DNA of 64,000 bases, from NCBI GenBank assembly GCA_964057225.1, contig OZ059899.1, positions 12,090,001-12,154,000 on the forward strand, written 5' to 3'. Under the pieces are notes generated by a model. That model was not told the origin of the DNA. It made no database searches and saw only the letters and a program-made list of their open reading frames with translations. The DNA is from Auanema rhodensis. Its lineage: Eukaryota > Animalia > Nematoda. The position numbers and the translations under genes were made by a program. This document shows, piece after piece, positions 25,801-38,430 of this stretch (its first letter is position 1; each line of letters starts with the position of its first letter).

Positions 25801-28800
25801 ATGTCGATGTTGGTGTAGTAGTTAGTACAGCTCTTTGAGCTTGATCAAATATCTATAAGTATATTTATATATTAATTATGATAATGAAGAAGAAAATTAA
25901 AAATATTTTTTTCTCTTCTTCATCTAAAACCGTACCACCGGTTTCTCTTCCACATCATCATCTCTTCTATTGTAGTATGGTTGAGCAGCAACAGAATGAC
26001 TACGTGGAGGTAGACGTCCCAGTTCATTCATAAGAGCGTTCTAAAAAGAATATACTATAACTACTACTAATAATAATAATAAATACATAAATTTATAATA
26101 TTTTTCCTTCATACATTTTAAATGAAAATTGAACAAAAAAAAAGGAAAGAAAAAGAAGTTAAGGCTCATTTGATGTTTAGCCGACACGGGCATCTACGTG
26201 TTGTAAACAAGTTCTTCACGATGACATTAGCAAAAATTGAGAAAACTGACAATTGCTTAAACATGCCAAGATAACTTTATCGCATATTTTCTAAATGTTA
26301 ACAAAAGAAATTAAAATATTATAAAGAAAGATAGACTGAAAGAGATAGAGGCTGTTTGATTGAAAAAGAAGAAAAAGAATCAATTGTGAACTTTATAATG
26401 ATACCTGTTTTGTCTTCTCAACTTCATCATCCCATTTGGGAGGTTCTGCCTTACGTACAAGATCGTTTGATTGAACAGGTACCTAATATATAATAAATAA
26501 ATAATAATAAATTAAATATATAATGAAAATTCTAAAAATTTACCCGTTGAATATCTTCTGGGTCTACTCTATTAACTTCATCTTCTCTTCGTTCGACAGC
26601 TCGAGAAAACGATGGACGTCGTGGACGTTCAAATGCTTCATTCAGTGCCTTAGCAGACACATAGGAGAAGCATTTAGAAGCTTTGTCATATCTTTAATAT
26701 ATTTATATAAGCATGAATTCTACATGAAAATTTTATTTACCTATCTTTGCCTACCAAATCAGGTTCAATACTTGGAGTAGCGCGTCCAGCTGCCCTTGGG
26801 CTGGGCGGTCGATGGGCTACAACAGGTCGAACTTGAGCTGGAAGGACACCTCTCCTAAAAATAAGAAAATAACGTTATAATTATATTAGTATATTTTTAA
26901 AAGCAAATTCTGTTGTTATTGTTTATTCTCAAAATCCTTACCTTTCAGGCATTTCAATGGGCTCGTCCATGGCTGATGCCGATCGCGGCTTCGGAGGAAC
27001 AGGCGGTGGCATTTTAATGCTATTCTAAAATATATATTTTTTAGTTATAAATATAAATATATATATATATATATTATTTTTGTTGAACAATTATACAAAA
27101 GATAAATAATCAATTGAATCAAATTAAATATTTTAAAAGATATTTCAGGTATCTAAGCACTAGCAAAAGAAACATATGTTCAACGTCAATGGCAAAGCGG
27201 CACCTTTTTTTATTTTCTCATCTGCCGTTTATTCTCATCTTTCAGAGAAAACATTTGGAAATTTTCTTTTCATTTTTTATTGAATAATAATAATTATTAG
27301 AATTATTAATTATTATTATTATTATTATAAAAATATATAATTATACCTTATTTTCACCGTCTAAATGGTTTTGATGGACTTGAGGCTCTTCCTGATCAAT
27401 ATCCGAAGATTTTCTTGCCAGTGGACCAGGGTCCTTCCGAATCTCACTGTATTCAGCCGTGATTGTCGCTTCGTCTAAAAACAAAAAGAATTGATACAAT
27501 ATCATAGAAAAGGCTTAGTGAATAGTTTGAGATGTAGAAGTAAGAGATTCTCTAAATTAATTCTACAGAAGTGAATATTGAGATTATTTATTTATTTATT
27601 TCAAAATGAACAAAAAAAAGAAGTAATAGAATGATAATTAGTATATAACTAGTTAACTATATGTATAATATGTATGGTATCAGTCAAAATAGAATAATAG
27701 ACATTTCTATCCGAAATTGATCTAAGTTTATATAATGACAATATGAAAATGACAAAAAAAAGCTGAAATAGAAAACTAGTTGAATTTCGCGAATCAAAAA
27801 TTAGAAAATCAACAGAAAATAGTGTTTTATTGTAGGATTGATTGGAAGAGGATATAAAGAGAGACAGAGAGGGAAAAGGAGAGACATAGAGTAGGCGGGT
27901 TAAGATAAGTGTAAAGTATATGTGAAAGCATTCAATCAATAAAAGAAATAAAGAAGACGCCTGAGGGAGAAAATAAATAAATATATTTAAAACTTTTCTA
28001 ATTATCATGTTGACGGAGAAGATTAAAAGGAAAACACAAGAAAACATCGATTATGTGTGCTTAAAGCTCATTCAATCTACCGTATATAGAGAAAGGAAAT
28101 TGGAGAAAACCAAAAAAAGCTGATCTTCCAATACAATAAGATATAACTATTATAGTTTATTTATAGTTTTAAACTAATTATGTAACGAAAAAAAAGCTTA
28201 AAAATGAAGTAAATGAGGATAAGAATGGGCATGTGTCTTTCGTAGAGTAGCATATACAGTGTAAAGTACGCCAAACGAATAGATGTTTAGGGTGGGCATA
28301 TGGGAACAAACAGCATCTATGCTGATCGAACCGTTTAGTTTTGCGCTTAGTGCAGTTATTCTAAGTTTAAAAAACGAAAAAAAAAAGATTAATTTGACTA
28401 ATATGTGACTGAGGAAATTAAATGCAAAATACTAATTATAGATAAGAGCGTAAGCAATATTCGTTATACGAGAACAACATCAGACAACAAAATTTTCTCG
28501 TAAGCTATTGGATGGTACAGAACATCAGTGGCCAGAATAACAGCTGCGACCACTAGCTGACAGACGAAGCACCTTCAGTTCTGTTCAGAATGAACCTGAT
28601 CCTCGATCAGCTTATCCCTTTTTTTTCTAATTTTATTAATTTCAGTTTGGCACGACTGAATATGATAAACAAACAAGCAATTATAGTAAATGAATTAAAT
28701 ATTAAGGAAAACTAACAATGATCAAGATAATGATGGATAATGAGAACGGAATATAATACGAAATGATTGAACTAACCTTCAGGATTAGGAAAGTAATCAT

Positions 28801-31800
28801 AGCTGTTAACTCTGCTTGCTTCTGTTAACAACTTTCCCGAATTAGTTGATTTTGTTGTTGGTGGATCCAATGACAACGATATATCTAACACAGCTCGATT
28901 ATCTACAGATGGATCTGAAACATGAAAAAATGAATATTCAAATTATAAATTATTATAATTATATGATATACCGGCAAAAATAAGATCTAATTCCTCTTTA
29001 TGGAATGTTATTGATAAGGAACGACCATCAAAACTAAGAGCACATGTATTAATTTGACAAAGAAAGAAATCTTTGCGATTTCCATCTCTTAAAAATGAAA
29101 ATATGATGAATTATGAAGAAAATATAAATAAGAGACTTATGTAATTGGCATTTTAACAAGATATCACCACGAACACTAAGCTCTCCTTCAATATCCCATT
29201 TCGATTCTTTCTTAACTGATCTAAAAAAAAATTATAAGATATTATATTTCTCTATATCTATATGTATATATATATATATACATAAATATTATAATATATA
29301 ATGAAATATTAAAAGCCTTACTTGGGTAAAGTTTCATAAACTGGACGTAATCTTTCATAGATTTTGAGCGATAAAGTATTTCCTTGAAAATGAGATAATG
29401 AAACACGATGCAAATAAAGTGGTGTTGAATTGACCCGTAATTTGCCAGATAATAAATTAGTAAAATATGATATATATCTGAAATAAAGCATATTTAGTTA
29501 TAATAAAGTGTTTTTTGTTTGTTTTTTGTTTCAAAAAGTTTAATAGTAATAAGATTTAATAAAGGTTAAATTATACCTTCTATGACTGGGCTGGCAAAAG
29601 CCACCTATATATGTATCAGCATATCGCTGCATATTAAACCTATCTTCGATGGAATCATCACTAAAATAATAAAATATATATTTTAAGAAATGATTAACTT
29701 ATATAGTAAATTGAATTAAAAACTTATGATATAACATAAATAACATACTTAGAGCAAATGACATTATAATGCATGAATGCTGAAATAATCATTGCAGCTC
29801 GACTTCGATCTCCCTTAATTTAACATTTAAAAAATTGATATTATAGTTATTATAACTAACTTTACAATGAATAACTGCTACATTGGTTGGATCTTGTTGA
29901 AGCCATTGCTCTAACTGCTTACAAATAGCACATAATCTATCCAAAGGTGATACTAAACCAGCTGGCCAACCACAATCTTCAGCATTTAACTGCCGACTAA
30001 TATCAATTCGTTTTCTAGATACTGACCACACCTAATTAATTATATTAATTATAATTATAATATTATAAATAAATTAAAATACTTTGTAATGAAGAAAATG
30101 TTTAGCTTTAAGAGTCAATATTGCAGTTTGGAGTGAATCCAAATATGCACTTTCCGTACCATCATCAGGAGAAGTAAGAACTGAATAAAGTATAGTTAAA
30201 ATAGAAAATTTATATAAAAATAATAAAAAAGTTCAACCGCTCATTCCAAGAAATTTAAATTATAAATGAATATGTGATGAAGTTTACATGTTACACGTAA
30301 CACGTAACACGTAACACGTAACACATCATATTCAATATGCTAATTACTAATGCTAACTATACTATATCAAAACATTATAATAAGAAATTATATTATATAA
30401 TTTAATAAATAATATTATAAAATAACAATTACCTAATAATCTTGACGTAATATACTGTAATAATAGTCCTTCTTGAACAGGCTCTCTGGACATACGAGCC
30501 GCCTGTAATAAGAATGATTCAAATTTAAAATATACAAATAGTATCCAAAAATAATAATAATATCAAATAATGATTGAACTTTAGATGTATAGTTATTCTA
30601 TCAATAGTTGGTGCAAATACTACTACTGCAGTATCATGGCGGAACAATGGAAAACGTTTGATTTTCCTCAAGTTTTGCCATAATCGTATGACACAGGCAA
30701 TGAAAGATATGGAGCAAAGAAGAAACAGCTATTGAGGCTAAAGATAAGTTTGAAAAACACAAGTGTTATTCTTTTTGGAAAAGAGCTTTTGGACCACCAT
30801 AGCAAAGACATTAGTTAAAGCGAAAAGCCTAAACTGAATCGTGGATATCAAATAACGATGTAAGGCCAAGAAAGCAGAGGCCTTAAGGCAAAAGAGAGAA
30901 CGATAGAGTCCAGAAAAAGGAAAAGCTGAAAAGGAAAGGAAGGAAAAAAGAAGAGAGATGAGAAAGAAAGTGAGAGAGAAAGAGAGAGAGCTTTAGAAAG
31001 TTTGTGCCTTCCTCTAAAAACAGACGAAACTTGAAACAACAATACATAAAACATGCTCTTCTAAGTTAGTTATGTGCAAAAATTAGAATTAAAGTTAGAT
31101 TTCAATGTAATACGAGAAGTGTTTATAAGTTTATTATATAAATAAAAGAACCGACGAGGTTTTGGAATCAAAAAAAGGATATTTTTGAGTTTGGAAGCTT
31201 TGCATCTAATCTCTTCAAGTTTGATATTGCGTTTTGATGGGAAATACTCAAAAATTGGTTGAAATAACTAGTAACAATACACACATAGATATATAACTTT
31301 ATACATATAGTTATATATAAATTCAAAATATAACATATTTACATTTAAGTTTCTAGATAACTATGTAATATATGCTTTCCAGTATGAAGTGAATTATTTT
31401 CCCATAAAAAACTCGAATAAAACTTCGAATTTGCAAAAAAAAATTAATGTTGCAATACATTGGTATTGGGTGTGCTTCACATCTTATACTTGTCAAGTTG
31501 GAAGAATTCTCCAGAGACATTTTATAGTCTTTCCTTGTTTCGTTCATTATTCTTCTTTATATTCATTCAAAAAAGTTCATCTCTTTTCAAATATTGCCGA
31601 AAAAACACAGCTCAAATCTAATGCTATGAGGATATAGAGAGAGAGAGAGAGAGAATAGTGCTTGAAGATTCTTTTTTAAAACTCAGGAAGTTGAGCGTTT
31701 GATCGAAAAAGAATAATAGTAGAGTTGGATATAAAGACAAAGAGCCGATTTGACTTGTCGTTTCAAGGAATCGGCTGGTCAGACCAATACTCTCAATTTA

Positions 31801-34435
31801 ATCCCCCCTTTCTCTTTTGAATTTGTTAAAGCAAAAACATGTTTCATGCTGATAAATTTCCGTTGTCTTCTCGGAAATTTTGTTTAGTAAATGATAGAAG
31901 AAATTCAAAAAAGAAATTATTTAGAAAAAAAGGTTAAAAAATGACTATGTGTAGGTAACAAACGTGAAAAAACGATGAAAAATCGAATAAATTGAATAAA
32001 CCCTTACCGGCGCAACATTGGCATTAGTGTCTTCTTTCTCTGCCATATCATATATACCATCATTTTTCTGAAATCAATCAATTACATTGCTATATATGTA
32101 TTATAATCTCTTCTTTTAATTAAATATATTAATTGATAATTATATTTTAATAATAGTTAAATATTCTTTTATTTAATTCTTTAAGAACATGTATAGTCAT
32201 GTGTGTGTGTGTGTGTGTAAGAGAAGTTGAAAGTTTGAACAATTAAAGTTCACAAATTACAATGATAAAAGATATTTTAATAAGAAACAAAAATTAATCG
32301 AATGAAAATCTTTTTTTTTTCTCCAAAAAAAAGTTTAAAAAGATTCTTTTGTAAGAAACTTTAAACGATTATCAAAGTTGCTTATATTGACTGTATGTTC
32401 ATGTTAATATGTTTTATGTTTATGGAAAAGTTAAATTTTAATATAATTTTTCTGTTTTTTGTTTGTTTGTTTGTTTATTCTTTTCATTTTATTAATTAGT
32501 TATTATATTTTAGATTATGTATAGATGAACTGTTGAATTGAAGTTTAGAAACAGAAGAGGTGATGAATGGTAGGATCGTGCTGGACTCCTTTTGTTTCTG
32601 TTGTAATGACTTAAAGGAGACTCTTGATATTTGCAAAGCAAATATGCGACAAGATGAACGATGAAATGATGAAAATTGAATAAGAAGAAGCTGGACATTT
32701 GTTTTGAAAAGGAAAAGAAACACATAGAAACATCATGTCTTCCATTTTATTTTTCACATTTGTCCAACATCACGCTTTTAAAGTTGCTAATGATAGTTAG
32801 ATATGATGCAACTAAATATTTTTGCTATATTTGGAAATCTTCGTAAACAACATGTATTCGTGTAAACACCAAAGAAAATCTTCCTTAATCTCGAGAATTA
32901 TCCAATACAAGCAAGGTCAAAAGCAGAGCTGGTCGAATGGGGATTGAAGAAAAGATGACAAAATCGGATTAACACTTTAATTTGATGTTAGATCAGAATA
33001 ATAGATACGAAGTATATGTATATACTTCTTGAAAACTCATAATCATTTTTCAATATGAGCAGAAAAAATAAGAAAATTTTATGGTTTTAATCCAAAAACT
33101 CACATTAATATCAAGAAGATTATTCATATTTAGCATGAAAGTAACGTTTATTTGGAAGTTTGTCGGAGGAATATGTTCCAAAATGTGAATTTCTATGCCG
33201 AATAATGCATTTCCGATATGCCTCATCAGGTTGCTTTCTTCAATCAACCAAATTCGATTACCATATAAGATTTAGGCATTTATGGCTTGTTTGTATTAAT
33301 CATAACGAAACATATTTTAAACAAATAAGTTGGAATAGTTAAGGTTTTTTCGAACATTTTCTCATAATCTGTTTAATTACGATCATGATTCTCACACTTG
33401 AAAATCAGTGTGTTAAACAGTTCTATCCGTATTTGCACGAACAATTCAGATTTTCGTAGCTTTTCAAGAGATTTCTTCAATCAGTCTCTTTCTTTGTGTT
33501 TTTTTAACTCTATTTTCAGATACGCTATTGCTTAAAAAAGGCTGCAATGTTGATTTTAAATGTTTTAACAGTAGCTAAGTTGCAGAACGAATTTCAAATT
33601 TTGTACAAGCCAATCAATATATTAAATGATTATACATAGTAGATATGTTTCAAGAAAGATAGTTTTAAATTTGTTCAAAGAATTAAAGTTCTGATAGAAG
33701 TGTTAGATGTTAGATGATGATACTTCTTGTTACATCTCTCATTGAATGTGCAAGGTCAAAATACTAATTGTGGACGAATAGGAAGATGTAATTAAGAACA
33801 TTTTCAATCACAAAGATAGGTCAATCTTTAATTTCATTTTCACACATAAATTATCACATCGACTTTTTTTTTTTATTTCTTTTCTAATTTTCAAGAAATT
33901 AAGTACATTGTAGTGGAAACATCACTTTTACTTCTACATAACTAGGATGTTAACACATGTTTTTTCTTCCGATTTTAGTCAAAATTTCAAAATGTTTTCA
34001 TCAATAGGTTGCAAAATCTGGAATGAGAGTTTCGAGAAGTCAAAATAAAAGGTAGTACATGTGACATCTGTTGTCCAAAATCTTTGCAAACAAAAAGCTT
34101 TTGTTTCTAAGGTCATAGGCTTTGCTACTAGCATGTCACATCTTCAAATCTTTCAAAACCTTTTTTTAAAAATTTTTTTAAAAAAAGAAAGAGAAGAAAT
34201 GTGATGTGAATTGCAAGTAAAATAAAACTAGAAGTCAAAAAAACTAATCATAACAACTATTTTCGTTTACGTCTTCTATATCAAAAACTAAAAAAACTAT
34301 ACTAAAAAAATAATTTCAAAATTAATGTGAGATAAAGGATGAAAAAAATTTAAAAAAATAGAAAAATAGGAAAAGTACAAAAAGATTTCTCACCTCTGAC
34401 CGTTTCGCAGGTCGAAAACACATCAGTTTAGCCAT
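16862..34435 (-). CDS. tns-1: Tensin (PTEN-like phosphatase and C2 domains, long disordered linker, SH2 and PTB domains)
   Basis: N-terminal [38 protein letters not shown] and C2 ([19 protein letters not shown]). SH2: [68 protein letters not shown] ends [32 protein letters not shown]. Start exon [14 protein letters not shown] (34435-34394) splices in frame through exon ~32067-32008. Confidence 0.95.
21992..22412 (-). CDS. tns-1: Alternative first exon of a short SH2-PTB-only tensin isoform
   Basis: 140-codon S/T/P-rich ORF starting MACEPG with a phase-1 donor C|GTATGA at 21991, in frame with the SH2 exon at ~21681. A GC-box and GA-rich promoter-like region lies upstream (22550-22760). Confidence 0.7.
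30293..30324. repeat. 7-bp tandem repeat (ACACGTA) x4.5 in a tensin intron
   Basis: acacgta acacgta acacgta acacgta acac. Confidence 0.9.
32200..32218. repeat. (TG)n microsatellite
   Basis: Direct reading of the sequence. Confidence 0.9.
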
Positions 34436-35348
34436 GTTGGCTATTGTGTCAGTTATGAATATAGGAAATAGAGTAAGTTGAATACAATAAATAAGTTGGC
34501 AACAATCGATGAAAAAATATTTTATAAACTGTTGTACAGTTGAATAGGCGATGAAGAAGCCGAAGTTGACTAAGGAGAACAAGAAGAATTCAGTGAAGAT
34601 GATAGATTGAAGTGGGCGGATCAGCAGCAGCAAACTGATGAGGAGCAGAAGATGAAGAAGACGACGACGATGAAGCTTGTTTTTGTGCTGCTGCGTGGAT
34701 TGTGCATGATGATTTCTGTACTGTAAATCTGGTGAGGAGCTAGTTAGCACCAGCTGATAGTGACCTCTACCAGCAAAATAGGTTGTCACGCCCTTCGTGA
34801 TGCCGTTCAAAATATATTCAAATGGATAAAGTTCCTACAGCTAGTTTCAATCAATTTGACATTCAATCACTGTAGGTTTGATGAGCCTCGTTTATTTGAT
34901 TGTAACTTGTAGAGAATAGATAGATGAAAAATGGGTTTTGAGTGGAATATGGGGGGAAGTTGAGAGATGAAACCTCAATATACTCCTGAAAATAAAAGAA
35001 AAAAGTTATTAAAACACTGTAATTATAACATAAAACATATATATTATGTATAGAATAAGTTTAAAGAAACAAATATGAATATAACATTTATAAAGTTTGA
35101 CAGAATTGATAGAATTAGATTATTTTTGACAGATTACAGCTGTGTTTCACTATATCTTAAGCCAGTATGTTGACTGAAAAAGGAAGAAATAGCTGATATT
35201 GCCTTGAAAAAGGGATGAAGATAAAGGCGATTGACATCTGGAAAACTGTCATGATGCAATCACACACAGCTTGCCAAGTCCACAAATCAGATGGCTTTCC
35301 GTTAGTGCCAACCATACGCTGTTATGTACATGGTAAAAGGCATATGGA

Positions 35349-35351
<3 letters not shown>

Positions 35352-35386
<35 letters not shown>
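35352..35386. repeat. (TA)n microsatellite
   Basis: About 17 TA units. Confidence 0.95.
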
Positions 35387-35389
<3 letters not shown>

Positions 35390-36786
35390 GAGAAATATAG
35401 ATCGATAGATATATATTTAATCCATTTGAAACAGAAAGAGAACGTAAGAAACTCAAATATGTTGTATGTTTAAGGAAATGAAGCACGAAACAATATGAAA
35501 CACTGCCGCAAGAGCACTGAATGGTGTGATCAGATGATGAGTGGATTTAGACAAATTTCTACGATCAAAGAAAATATTTATTTGATTTAAACTTATAAAT
35601 TAAAAAATTATAGTTATAATTACAAATTGAATGCGAATATGAGCTTTAGTTAGTAAAAGAATCTATAGCTTTCATTTTAAATTTGTATGAACGTTGTAGT
35701 GAGTGAGCAGCTAAGCAAACATCGTCATAATCTTCAGAAGAAACATGTGAAATTGCATTAGTTGATCGTTTTTTAAACAATATCTTAATAAATTAATTTA
35801 AAAATGCTAAAGCAACTTAATTATAATTTGTTGTTTAAATTAGACGAAGAGGAGTGTTGGGGTGGGAGGTTGGTAGGGTTGTGATGGCTCGATGTTGACA
35901 CTGACACTTAGCCTCTTTCTGTCTCTTTAGAGCAAAGACTTATATGTTTGAGGTAATGACAAGTAACGTGAGTCTATGTGATTTTCTTTCTCTCAATCTC
36001 CCTCTTCTCTCTGGTCCGTACCCCAGGGTTCGGCTTTCCTTTTGTGAGATATTTTACGTTTCTCGAGAAGAAAGACATATCTCTACTACTTCCATATGCG
36101 GTTGAATGAATGTAATAAAAACTCGAAAGGACATACGGTTTTTGACAAATACCGCATAGTTAATATATGGACTAGTGATTTAATTCATTAGAAATAACAT
36201 TTTATTGTTTTTTATCATCTAGTCTCAAGTGCATCTCATAGATAGCTATTAATTTGTCGTTCTTTTAGTTGAGTTTTCACTATGCCGTCAAAGGAACAAT
36301 TGGATACATATCATTGAATATCGCTAATTATATGGTATAGTAATGAAAAGAATGTTACATTACATGTATTAATCAAAGATTTTTTATAGAAAAATAGAAA
36401 AATAGATAATATATAAGTTTTAATATGAACATTAAAGTAAAATATATGATTTTGGAGATGAAAATTTTAATAAAAACACCATATTATATGTAATAACTAA
36501 CTATATATTAAGATAATTATGAAAAATGGTGTACTTAATCGTGTTGAGAAGCTTATATAGAGCAAAGAAAGTTGTGCTCTAGCTACAGCACAACATACAA
36601 TTCGACATCTGAATGAAACTAAACGGTTATTATATCTTACGAGACGCAAAAGAAAGGAACTTTGGTGGAACAGAAGGAGGAAAGGATTAAGGCCTGAGGA
36701 GAAGAGCCAACAAAGGTCGAACTAACCATAAAGAGTGAGAGATTTAAATAGAACAAGGGAGTGAGAGAAAAGAATGAGCGAGAGTA

Positions 36787-36814
36787 TGAGTGAGTGAGTG
36801 AGTGAGTGAGTGAG
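36787..36814. repeat. (TGAG)7 microsatellite
   Basis: Direct reading of the sequence. Confidence 0.9.
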
Positions 36815-38430
36815 ATATTATAACTAAGAAATGACTTTAAAGAATATAAATGATATAAAATGAGTAAAATATATAATACTATAAATTTAAATAAGAATGA
36901 ATGTGAATAGTGATGACATTCGTCAAATAGTGAAATGAAATTTCATATGGAATTGTATAGAAAAAGTCATCAATTTACGGGCATTTCATAATATTACCTA
37001 AAGAGTTTTTAAGGTATATATATATATATAGGATGATGACAAGTGAATAACATAAAAATGAATAAGTATAAGATATAAAGTATTCAAATGAAACTACTTC
37101 CATAAATATCAGAAGAATATATAAATGTTTTCATGTCAAACACTAAAGCATCATGGTATGGTTTGATTTAGATATTAAATAAAAGTAGAAAGAGCACCGC
37201 TATGCTATTCTTTATGCTCAATGAGCCAACACTCACAGCTCACAAACTGCCAATTTTACTTATTTTTGTTCGAAATGTCATCAATAAGAAATAGCTTCAT
37301 TGCAAATAACGTAATACTTGGATAGATTTGAGATTTCCAATATTGCACATGTCTCTGTCTAATGTGAGCAGCTAGTTCACCTCATTTTTCGAATACAAAG
37401 CTAAAATAAGAAGTTTCATATGTAAAAAGATTGTTTATTTAAATAGTTTATTTGAAATAGATATATGGATTATAATAGTATTATGCTCATGATTTGTCTC
37501 TTACTTAGTTATATTAGAAATAAATTAAAAATAATAAGTGTTTAGTCTTGTATTGAGCTAATCAATCTAGATACATGTTCTACAAATACTTTCAGCTAAA
37601 AAGAAATGAAACACATCGTTTTCTAATCCATGGGCTTTAAAAAAATCGAAACTACTAGTAGGGTCTTTGAGCAATTAGAGATATTTATGTATTATAAGGA
37701 TAAAAAATGATTTACACAACAACCTCAGAGAAAAATATAGAAAGTAGGGAAGTAATAAGTAATAAGTACTAAGAATATATATATATATATATATATTCAT
37801 ATAATATGATTAAATAAGTAAAAGATATCATTATATACTTCGATCGTAAAGATAACAGTTTTTAGGTTTTATATTATACATATCATAATAATAATAATAA
37901 TAATAATTAAATCAATAAACTTTCTAATAATAAATATAAATAACTAATCAATATTCATCAGTTATTTTTCTTTTTCTTATTAAACAAAGGATTAAAGTAC
38001 ATTTGAACTGATAAAAACATGGATTAAAACAAAGATGATGGTCTTGAGGCTTTACGTCAAATAGCATAAGCTCGCGCGAGTATTACTTATGGTTATAGTT
38101 AGTATATTAATTTATTTTCAAAATAAAAGTTATATGTGTTAATTAAAAAAAGAAAAATAAATTAATTATTTGAATATTTATTATAAAATTATAAAAAATA
38201 ATTGTCATTGTTTAGATGAAAATATGATTACACATGATACATACTATACATAAATACATAAATCTACAAATTATGAAGCGTAATGAGAATAAATGAGGAT
38301 TTTTTTGTTTTGAATAAATGTATTATAAGAATAAGAAGAATATTAATAAACAACCATGACTTATACATAAGAAAAATGGCAAAATAATAACGTTTTAAGC
38401 AGTAAAATAAACGATGAGGCAACAGTAATA

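Noticed and set aside
27649-28047. 132-aa hydrophobic ORF in a tensin intron
   Set aside because: F/L/I-rich artefact of T-rich intron sequence.
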